From NCBI RefSeq assembly GCF_006345805.1, contig NC_043024.1, positions 3,844,001-3,908,000 of the forward strand: 64,000 nt of DNA, given 5' to 3'. Positions 49,246 to 61,142 of the stretch are shown here, piece after piece. Numbering within the stretch: position 1 is the stretch's first letter; the number at the start of each line of letters is the position of its first letter. Both the position numbers and the translations under genes were made by a program. This DNA comes from Octopus sinensis. Taxonomy: Eukaryota. Below the pieces are notes generated by a model. That model was not told where the DNA came from and did no database searches. It saw only the letters and a program-made list of their open reading frames with translations.

Positions 49246-52130
49246 TATAATATATATATACATACATACATACATATATATATACATACATACATACGAT
49301 GGGCTTCTTTCAGTTTCCATCTACCAAATCCGCTCACAAGGCTTTGGTCGGCCCGAGGCTATAGTAGAAGACACTTGCCCAAGGTGCCACGCAGTGGGAC
49401 TGAACCCGGAACCATGTGGTTGGTAAGCAAGCTACTTACCACACAGCCACTCTGGCGCCTATTCAAATCATTTTCGTCCTTTCATATGTTCCAAGTTTGC
49501 CCTGGTGGTTGAAATAAATATTGGGAATGTGTATCATATACAATGTATGGACACCAGAGAACCATGTCCCGTGTATCACGTGATACACAAGAAGTCAAAG
49601 GGTTAACTGGTTCTGTTAGAAGGGACAGTTTAGAGTGACATTAATGAAGAATTTGTATCTGACTTGCGAGATTCTTTATGTGAATTCTCGGGAAGAGTCT
49701 GAAGTGGTTGTCAGAGAATTTCTACGACTTCACCAACCTTAATTTCTGGCCTCCAAATTCCTCTGATTGTAATCTCATGGTTGAGGCATGTAGGTGGGGG
49801 CATGGTTGAGGAAGACACCAATTGCCCTGCCTGCCACAGCAAAGCTGAACTGGTGGCCAAGATCAAAGAGGTTTTCAAAGATCTTTCCAGGGCCAAAGTG
49901 AGGAAGGCATTCACCAGGTTCTGGAGCCATCTTAAGGTTGTAGCGAAAGGGTTAAAATTGTGAAGGACCATTTTACTTTTAAATATAAACACTTTGAAAG
50001 TGGGGTGTTTCCAATATTAACCCAGGGTCATCAAATCTAAGTAGATACTTCAAACTTAAAATCTTCAAAGCCACAGTCGAACCAATTCTACTATATGGCT
50101 CAGAAACCTGGACGTTATCAAAGAAGCTTGAGAGGCGGTTGGATGGAACCTACACTCGCCTCCTTATGAGAGCTCAAAATCTCTCGTGGAGGCGTCATCC
50201 AACCAAAATGCAAATATATGGGAAACTACCACCTGTGTCATCTCTTGTGAAAGGTAGGAGTGTCCAGTTTGCTGGACATTGTTGTAGAGCTGAAAAAGAA
50301 GTAATTTCTACTCTTCTCCTCTGGAAGCCATCTACTCGCAATACCAGAGGGTGCAACACTCTCCTACCCTGATGTAATCTCCAGGGATACAGGCATCCAG
50401 CAACAGGACCTCCGTAATGCCATGATGGACCGTGAAGTCTGGCGTAGCATGGTAAATTCCATTGTCTCGACCACGGTCGAACAATGATGATGATGTGGGG
50501 TAGAGGGTTGACATTCAAAGGGTAAAGCCAACTATATTTTCTGTCCATTTCTCTTTTGTTTTAGACAATTCCTCCCCAAATTCCACATTTTTGCCAAAAC
50601 CTGCAGAATCAGACACAGCGCCAACACTACCCGTCAACCAACCAGTGGTCATCCCACACCAGCCTCCTCCTCTTCTGGCAGCATCCTCTTCTACCGTCAA
50701 CAGCTGCACGGCATTGGATCGCGAAGAACTCTTCAAAGAATTTGACAAGTCATTTGAGATTGAGTTTACCAATCCAGGTTCAAACCTAGGAAAATCTTCG
50801 GTACAACAACAGCAACCGGCAGATACAGGTCGGCCCCAGACCACCTCAGAGCCACAGTTACCACTTCCTGGACCTCTTGATCTTGAAGAATGGAGCCGAG
50901 GCAAAGTTGGCACCCTGAATGGAAATCTATTACAGGTACACGGTTCTCTGTCTTGTATTTGGTTGGAAGTGATGTTTTGTTTTTTTTGTTCCTTCTTGAG
51001 CCATGCCTGGCTCATAAGGGCCGGTTACCCGGTTTCCTTGGCGTATAGGTTCCCCACCTGGACAGGACGCCGGTCCGTCACAGGTGAGCTGCAAGATGCA
51101 GGAGGAAAGAGTGAGAGAAAGTTGTGGCGAAAGAGTCAGCAGAAGTTTCGCCATTACCTTCTGCCGGAGCCGCGAGGAGCTTAAGTGTTTCGGCTCATAA
51201 ATACACACATCGCCCGGTCTGAGATTCGAACCCGTGATCCCTAGTACGCGAGTCCGCTGCTCTAGCCACTTGGCCATGTGCCTCCACTTGGAAGTGATGT
51301 GCGGGTGTTTGGTATTAATGAGATGTATTCATGTGTGGCAAAATGCTAAGCAGTATTTTGTCTGCTGCTATGTTCTGAGTTCAAATCCCACCAAGGTCGA
51401 CTTTGCCTTTCATCCTTTCGGGGTCGATAAATTAAGTACCAGTTGCATTCTGGGGTCGATCCAATCGACTGACCACCCTCCCCCAAAAAAAATTTCAGGC
51501 CTCGTGTAGAAAAGATTATTATTATTGTTATTATTATTATCATCATCATCATCATTATTATCGTCATTATTATTATTGAGTGAGAGAGCAGTTCATGCCA
51601 TCAAAGTGACACTGGGGTAAAATATTCGAAGCCCAGTATACCCATCATGACTACCCATCTGATAAGGGTACACCAGGTACATGCATCACAACCATATGTG
51701 TGTGACATGGTGATCTCATATCAAGATAAACAGCGCATGATCTTGCAGGTGGGGCCCAGTTAGAATTTTCTTCAGGTCAAGTAGCCCATCCCACTCAAAA
51801 GGTCCCTGAATAAGGGTTGTTTAAGGATGTTGAAAGAACCACCCATGTTTCCAGAGGTGAATTATTCAAACCCCAAAGAATCCTTCTCAACACATGGCTA
51901 TGATGCTCCCCCACTACTTCTGCTCGTGATCAGAGATGCACATATGGTCAGCCACTAAGGGACATGCTCAACTGGTTATGGTCAAACAACTGACAAGCAA
52001 ATCTGTGGTATTGAGCAGAATATTTGCTGTAACCCACCTTTATACTAAGACAAAACAATGTACATGATAACACTTCCAATCAGTTAAGATCAGAAGCCAT
52101 GAGAGCCACAGCCTGGTACTGCATCAGGGC

Positions 52131-52186
<56 letters not shown>

Positions 52187-55100
52187 ATTAATTATTATTA
52201 TTATTATTATTATTATATTATTATTATTATCATTATTATTATTATTAAGGTAGTGAGCTGGCGGAATCATTAGTATGCCGGGCATAATATTTAGTGGCAT
52301 TTCGTCCATCTGTGTTTGTGAGTGTATTCTCATTTATGAGAGCAATCGAGTTTATTTCAGATATTCTCATTTTAAAAATCGTCTCCGGCTAATCGTTGAG
52401 AGGACATTGGTGTTGCCTTGGCGGAGGTTTGCACTCTCTGTGTGCTCGTTATTATTGTTATTATTATCATTATTATTAAAGGTGGGGAGCTGGCAGAATC
52501 ATTAACACACTGAGCTAAATGTTCTGGCTTTGTGTTCTGAGTTCAAATTCTGCCAAGGTCGCCTTTGACCTCTCATCCTTTTAGACTCAATAAAATAAAT
52601 ACCAGCCAAGCAGTGGGGGTGGGTGGGGGCTCAATGTAATCAACTAACACCCCCCCCCTACCGCACAAAAAAAATTTCCAACCTCTTGTGCTCCAAATGA
52701 GAAAGAATTATTTATATTGTTGTTGTCTTTCTTAGCCAGTTCGTCTGTTGTCTCCAGCTGCAGGACAGACCTCGTCCAAACCCCAGACTATTCTACAGCT
52801 GAAACACCAAACAACAACACCAGCATCAACACCACAACATCCTCTTCAAGCTAAAAAGAAGCCTTTCTTGCCAAAGGTAAGTAACGATGCCCTCATCCAT
52901 ATGTGTGCGTATGTGATTATGTATCTATATGTGTGTGTGTGTATATGTGCATATCTATATGTGTGCTTATGTGATTATATACATAGGTGCAGGAGTGGCT
53001 GTGTGGTAAGTAGCTTGCTTACCAACCACATGGTTCCGGCTTCAGTCCCACTGCATGGCACCTTGGGCAAGTGTCTTCTGCTATAGCCCCGGGTTGACCA
53101 ATGCCTTGTGAGTGGATTTGGTAGACGAAAACTGAAAGAAGCCTGTCGTATATATGTATATATTTATATGTATGTGTGTGTGTTTGTGTGTCTGTGTTTG
53201 TTCCCCTAGCGTTGCTTGACAACCGATGCTGGTGTGTTTACGTCCCTGTCACTTAGCGGTTCGGCAAAAGAGACTGATAGAATAAGTACTGGGCTTACAA
53301 AAAGAATGAGTCCCGGTGTCGAGTTGCTCGATTAAAGGTGGTGCTCCAGCATGGCCGCAGTGAAATGACTGAAACAAGTAAAAGAGTAAAAGAGAGAGAA
53401 AAGAGTATGTCTGTATCTATATGTGTGTGTATGTATATGTGCATATCTATATGTGTGTGTATATGATTATGTACATGTCTGTATCTACATGTGTGTGTGT
53501 GTGTGTATGTATATGTGCATATCTATGTGTTTGCATATGTGATTGTGCACATATCTGCATATATGTGCAGTTGTAAATAAATCTGTGCATGTTTATATGT
53601 GTGTGTGTGTATTTGTTTGTATATGGAGTGGTTGGCATTAGGAAGGGCATCCAGCCACGGAAACCCCGGCCAAAACAGACATAGAAACATGGTGCAGACT
53701 CCTGCCTGGCCAGCCTCCTGTCAAACCCTCCAACCCATGCCAGCATGGAAGGAAGACGTTAAATGATGATGATGTCTGCATCTCTCTCTCTCTCTGTAAA
53801 GCACCTTTCTAGCATAGCCGATACCAGTGCCGCCTGACTGGCACATGTGCCGGTGGCACAAAAAAAGCACCATTTGAGCATGGTCGATGCCAGTACTACC
53901 TGACTGGCCCTCGTGCCGGTGGCATGTAAAAAGCACCAACTACACTCTCGGAGTGGTTGGCGTTAGGAAGGGCATCCAGCTGTAGAAACTTTGCCAGATC
54001 AGATTGGAGCCTGGTGCAGCCTCCTGGCTTGGGTTGCAAAGCAAACTTCATAACCACACAACCACAATTCAGTTTTTCTTTTTCTTTTTTTTGATGGGCT
54101 TTTTTCTTGCATGGTGAGGTTCTTTTTACCTTATTATAAACGAGCCTGTATTTTTTAATTGTTTTTAGCCTGCTGATCAGATGCGATTGTATGATTTAGT
54201 CGGAAGCCAACCCATTAAACGTCCCATCACAGCATTCAATATGTTCTGTAATGAAACTCGGGCTAAATGTGAGTGGTTCTTCACTTTTTCTCTAATTTAA
54301 CAAAACACAGAGGAATTCTCTCTCTCTCTCATTCTTTACAGAACTGAGACAAACCATTTCATCTATTTCTTCTACTCCTCCCCTCCTTGTTTACCACTTC
54401 TACCTTCTTTTTCTCCACCCCCCTGCTTCTCCCTCTCCTTTTCTTCTCCTCCACCTTCTCTTCTCATCTTCCTTTTCCCATTTCTAATTTTTGGAATGTT
54501 GTTTGTCTTTTATTCAGTGCTTCAGGAAGATGCAGAGATCAACAATGATGTACTTCGAGCGACCATCACTGCAAAATGGCAGCTTTTACCTGAACCAGAG
54601 AAAAGTCGTTATGAAAAACTCTGTGAAGCAGACCTAAAGAGGTTGGGCTTTTTATTTTTTTTTTCATTATTTGCAGACATTTTTATCTCATTATGTACAG
54701 TCTCATGGTGAAAGCGTGTGGCTTAGCGGTTAGGGTATTCAGCTCATGATCAATAGATCGTGAGTTCAATTCTTGGCAACGTTTTATGTTCTTCAGCAAG
54801 ACACTTTATTTCACATTGCTCCAGTCCACTCGGCAGGTAAAAATGATCAACAGAATAAGTACTAGGCTTACAAAGAATGAGTCCTGGGTGTCGATTTGTT
54901 CGACTAAAGGCGGTGCTCCAGCATGGCCACAGTCAAATGACTGAAACAGATAAAAGAATATATATATATATATTTTTTTTACACATTAAACTGCAATGAT
55001 AACATCTTCTCACAGTTTTCAGTTTTCTTCCAGATATGAAGACCAGATGAACGCAGCCAAGACTGTGGCCCTCAGTAAATTGAAGGTTGGTTACATCACA

Positions 55101-58100
55101 TTCTATATACTTTATAATGTATCGATATATCTACATGTTCTAAGAATTTTAGTTGGCAACCCCATCGATGCAAGTTCAACCTCATCACACACACACACAT
55201 TTATGCATATATCCTTTTCTGCTCTAGGCACACGGCCCAAAATTTTTGGGGTGGAGGTCAGTCAATTAGATCAACCCCAGTATGCAACTGGTACTTAATC
55301 TATTGACCCCCAAAAGAATAAAGGGCAAGGTCGACCTCGGTGGAATTTGAGCTCACAACGTAACAGCAGACGAAATACCGCTTAGCATTTCGCCCGGCGT
55401 GCTAACGCTTCTGCCAGCACGCCACCTTCACATTTGTATGTGTGTGTGTGTAGGCATGACTCTCTAGTTAAGAAATTTCCTTTGCAATCATGTGATTCCA
55501 GGTTCAACCTCACTGTGTGGTACCTTGGACCAGCCAAAGCCCTGACAATGGATTTGGTAGAAACAAACTGCAGAAACCCATCACATATGATTATATACAG
55601 TATACACACACTGATAAGAGCGATGTCGTCAGCAAAGTCAGTGTCTGCAAATATATGGGAAACTACCACCTGTGTCATCTCTTGTGAAAGGTAGGAGAGT
55701 CCAGTTTGCTGGACAATGTTGTAGAGCTTAGAAAGAGATAATTTCTACTCTTCTCCTCTGGAAGCCATCTACTCGCAATACCAGAGGGCGCACACTCTCC
55801 TACCCTGGTGTAATCTCCAGGGATACGGGCATCCAGCAACAGGACCTCCGTAATGCCATGATGGACCGTGAAGTCTGGCGTAGCATGGTAATTTCCATTG
55901 TTTCGACCATGATACTCTTTTTTTTTTTTTACTTGTTTCTGTCATTTGACTGCGGCCATGCTGGAGCACCGCCTTTAGTCGAGCAAATCGACCCCGGACT
56001 TATTCTTTGTAAGCCCAGTACTTATTCTATCGGTCTCTTTTGCCGAACAGCTAAGTGACGAGGACGTAAACACACCAGCATCGGTTGTCAAGCAATGCTA
56101 GGGGGACAAACACAGACACACACACACACACACACCACACACACACACACATACACATATATACATATATACGACGGGCTTCTTTCAATTTCCGTCTACC
56201 AAATCCGTTCACAAAGCTTTAGTTAGCCCTAGTCTATAGTAAAAAACCCTTGCTCAAGTGCCACGCAGTGGGACTGAACCCGGAACCATGTGGTTAGTAA
56301 ACAAGCTACTTAGCACACAGCCACTCCTGCGCCACTCCTGATGATGATGAATTCACACACACTTGGGAGTGAATCTCTATCTGACTTCTGACTTCTGTTG
56401 TAGAATAAATCTTCTTTCTTCGTCCCAAGAATTCTACAGTTCTATAAAACTTTCTCCTTTTTCTTTTTCTTATTCAAAGCAAGAGAAACTTAAAATACCA
56501 ATTTCAAAGAAACCAGTTCAGTCTGTGAATGCTGACGATGCCAGAAGATTCCCAGTCAAACATCATAATATTCCTTTCAGTTTAAAAACACTCAAAAGGA
56601 AAATGTTGAATATCTGCAATGAAAGGTTGGTTACCCTTTGTTATATAAGGCGGCGAGCTGCCAGAAACATTAGCATGCCAGGCGAAATGCGTAACTGGTA
56701 CTTATTTAATCGATCCTGAAAGGATGAACGGCAAAGTCAACCTCGGCGGAATTTGAACTCAGAACATAACAGCAGACGAAATACCTATTTCTTTACTACC
56801 CACAAGGGGCTAAACTCAGAGAGGACAAACAAGGACAGACACATGGATTAAGTCGATTACATCGACCCCAGCACGTAACTGGTACTTAATTTATTGACTC
56901 CGAAAGGTGAAAGGCAAAGTCGACCTCAGCAGAATTTGAACTCAGAACATAACAGCAGATGAAATACGGCTAAGCATTTTGCCCGGCACGCTAACGTTTC
57001 TGCCAGCTCACCGCCTTTCCACTTTACAAAGTGCACTGGGTCCTTTTTATATGGTTCCATTACCTATTCTGGTGTGGTTTCTACAACTGGATGCCCTTCC
57101 TAAAACCAACCACTTTATAGAGTGCACTGGGTGCTTTTTATGTGGCACCAGCACAATAAAGATGATGATGGGGGGGGGGTAGTGATGAAGATGATGATGA
57201 TGATATTGTTTTGTTCTTTTCAGCCAGTCCAAGTCCAGTGACGATTATGTTCCAGTTGGCGTCCTGTCCCAAAGTGACAACTGGATTTGTCAACAAGGCA
57301 CACACATTTTCCTACTCAACCCGCACCGTATTAACGAGGTCATTATCTACAGACGCCTCTTAGAATCCTTCCACTTCCAAACTGAATCTCTGGAGACCCC
57401 AATTGATATTAACGAATGGTAAGGTCCACTTCCAACCCTAGTTGGAACTTTTATTTATTGATTTATTTATTTTTTTGTGGTTAAGAAGTTCAGCTCCCAA
57501 CCACGTGGTTCCGGGTTCAATCCCTCTGTGTGGAATCTTAGGCAAATGTCTTCTATTATAGCCCCAGGCTGACTAAAGCCTAGTGAGTGGATAAGGAGAA
57601 TGAAGAATTTGAACATTCAGACTTTGTTTAATTCCAGTTAATTTATTCATAATAATTGTCCAACAAGTGTTTCAATTGCACCAACTGCATATTGTTGCAT
57701 ACTTATATGCAGCAATTTATGCATTGTTAGTATGATCTCTTCAAGTATATATATATGTATATATATGTGACAATTATTCGGTAGCCAAGATAAAACTCTG
57801 AGTTTTGGATGCCGAGATGGAAATCCACACCACCATCTCTTCAGTTATCCGGAGTTTTATCTTGGCTACCGAATAATTGTCACACATTATATTTACAGAT
57901 AAATTCCTCTATTTACATAATATTGAGGTCTCTTTCTTCCTTTTGTTATCTTACCGTTTTTACCAATATATATATGTGGCCGATGCCAGCACCGCCTCGA
58001 CTGGCTTCCGTGCCGGTAGCACATAAAATACACCAATCTGACCGTGGCCGTTGCCAGCCTCACCTGGCACCTGGCACGTAAAAAGCACCCACTACACTCA

Positions 58101-59032
58101 CGGAGTGGTTGGCGTTAGGAAGGGCATCCAGCTGTAGAAACATTGCCAGATTAGACTGGAGCCTGGTGCAGCCTTCTGGTTTCCCAGATCCCCGGTCGAA
58201 CCGTCCAACCCATGCTAGCATGGAGAACGGACGTTAAACGATGATGATGATGATGTGTGTGTGTATATATATATATATAACTGCTTTAATGAAATCCATC
58301 TGACCCATGGAAAAGTGGATGTTAAACTCACAGTGATGTTGAGGAACACCATCTGTGTACCAATCTGAAGAATCTAAATTATTTCTAATTTGTAGTTTGT
58401 TGGGTGATGTCAACCTTTGGAGGACATTGCTGGCTTTGGAAACTGAACAGGAGAACAAAATGTTTCCAGGTAATCGAAAAATCACGGATCACCGAATAAT
58501 TGCCAATGGATTCCATATTGTCATCTTCACAGGTTTGTATTTTTTACACAAACCTTTTCTTATTTTACAATGGAATACTTCATCAATACATCTCACTCCC
58601 TGCTACCCTTACTCTACTCACACTATTTCCCTTCTAAACTCTGCTCCTCCCAGCTAGCTACTGTCACTTCACCATTAAATACTGACAAAGAGCCTGTGCA
58701 CAAAACATTGATAATTTTTCTTTTCTATAGAGCAAGTACTTTTTCATTAGATAAATTATTATTACTATTTCCTGTTTGCATTAATCTACTTGATTGTCAG
58801 GTGACATATATATATATATATATATCGATAGGAGAATGAACTATCCTATGTTAATCGTCAACATGGAAAATTCAGTGAACCGATACCAGGGTAGCAAATT
58901 CATGTCAGAAACACGGTTGGAGCGACCTGTCCGAGGGTAGAAACTCCAGGTTCATGTGCAGAAATTTGTGTGTTATATATGAATAAATAAATGAATGGAG
59001 TTGGACGAAGATGTTAACAAAATTCATATATA

Positions 59033-59072
<40 letters not shown>

Positions 59073-61109
59073 TATATATATGTATGTATATTGTGGTTTT
59101 AACACAGCATGTCTATGTAGAAATCTTCTCTTCGTCATATTTCTCAAAAATGTATTTACACTATGATTACAAAGATGGCAATTTAAAGAAAACAAAAACA
59201 ACGGCAAAAGCATTTCGCTAAAACTGCAGCTCGTTAGAATAATCTTGATGACTAAAAACCAATTAAGAAAGGATATAGATTAACAGTGGAATGGAATTTT
59301 CCAAATCAAGGCTTGTCAATTTTTTTTTTTACTGTTTGTGTGTTTTTTTGATATTTCAGAACAGGGTTCGTCTCCTGAAGTGAAACAAGTGCAGTTGAGG
59401 GCTGTTGCGGATTCCATTCCTACTTATGGCATTGGAGATTTGTGTGAAGTCTTGGAGAACATAGCATCTTTGCCAGAATCTTCATCCCTCTCGCAGAGTC
59501 GTCCATTGAAAATTCTAAATTATCTCAAGGTATGTCACTAATTCTCTATTAGTATATTCAGCTCCATTCGAGCGTGATCGTTACCAGCATCACCTTACTG
59601 GCACTTGTGCCAGTGGCGCGTGAACAAAACATTCGAGCGAGGTCGTTGCCAGTACCACCAGACTGGCCCTGTTGCCTGTGGCATGTAAAAGCACCCACTA
59701 TGTTCTTGGAGTGGTTGGCGTTAAGAAGGGCATCCAACTGTAGAAACTCTGCCAGATCAGATTGGAGCTTGGCGCAGCCTCTGGTTCACCAGTCCTCAGT
59801 CAAATCGTCCAACACATGCTAGGATGGAAAGCGGACGTTAAAGGATGATGATGATACACCCTCATATAAAATATACAAACGGTCATACCTATGCATCTAC
59901 CCTCATATAAAGTGAAGACCCACTTCAGTCCTGAATGACCGTAGGATTGGAGCCAGAAGGTTCCCCTCCGTGGTACAAGTTCAAGTTAAGGTTGTTTATG
60001 GAAGACCAGAAGTCACCCATGCATACCAACCACCCATCTCCACGCCACTGATGTTATCCAAGGGAAACGGAAAGGTCGATACAGCTTGTCTCATCAAACC
60101 AAGTGAAATCGTAATTGTGGCCAATGCCTGTGTCACATAAAAAGCAGCCATTACACTCTTGGAGTGGTTGGCATTTGGAAGGGCACCCAACTATAAAAAC
60201 CATGCCAAAAACTGACCTCACCTGTGCTTTCCACACTGCTGGATGGTTGGTATTGTAAAGGGCATCCAGCCATAAAAACCCTGCCAAAACAGACACAGGA
60301 GCCTGGAGTAGTGTACTACGTGGCTGGCTCCTGTCAAACCGTCCAACCCGTGCCAGCATGGAAAATGGACATTAAATGATGATGGTATAGGCGTAGGAGT
60401 GGCCGTGTGGTAAGTAGCTTGCTTACCAACCACATGGTTCCGGATTCAATCCCACTGCGTGGCATCTTGGGCAAGTGTCTTCTAGTATAGCCTCGGGCCG
60501 ACCAAAGCCTTGTGAGTGGATTTGGTAGACGGAAACTGAAAAGAAGCCCGTCGTATATATGTATGTTTGTGTGTCTGTGTTTGTCCCCCCAACATCGCTT
60601 GACAACCTATGCTGGTGTATTTACGTCTCCGTAACTTAGCGGTTCGGTAAAAGTGACCGATAAAATACTCTTTACTATTTTACTTGTTTCGGTCATTTGA
60701 CTGTGGCCATGCTGGAGCACCGCCTTTAGTCGAGCAAATCGACCCCGGGACTTATTCTTTGTAAGCCCAGTATTTATTCTAACTGCTAAGTGACGGGGAC
60801 ATAAACACACCAGCATCGGTTGTCAAGCAATGCGAGGGGAACACACACACATATACGACAGGCTTCTTTCAGTTTCCGTCTACCAAATCCACTCACAAGG
60901 CATTGGTCGGCCCGGGGCTATAGCAGAAGACACTTGCCGAAGGTGCCACGCAGTGGGACTGAACACGGAACCATGTGGTTGGTTAGCAAGCTACTTACCA
61001 CACAGCCACTCCTGCGCCTAGGCTTACAAAGAATAAGTCCTCGGGTCGATTTGCTCGACTAAAGGCGGTGCTCCAGCATGGCCACAGTCAAATGACTGAA
61101 ACAAGTAAA

Positions 61110-61142
<33 letters not shown>

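Noticed and set aside
56404-56479. Alternative PMS1 exon 13 acceptor at TTGTAG 56403
   Set aside because: It puts the exon out of frame and hits TAA at about 56491
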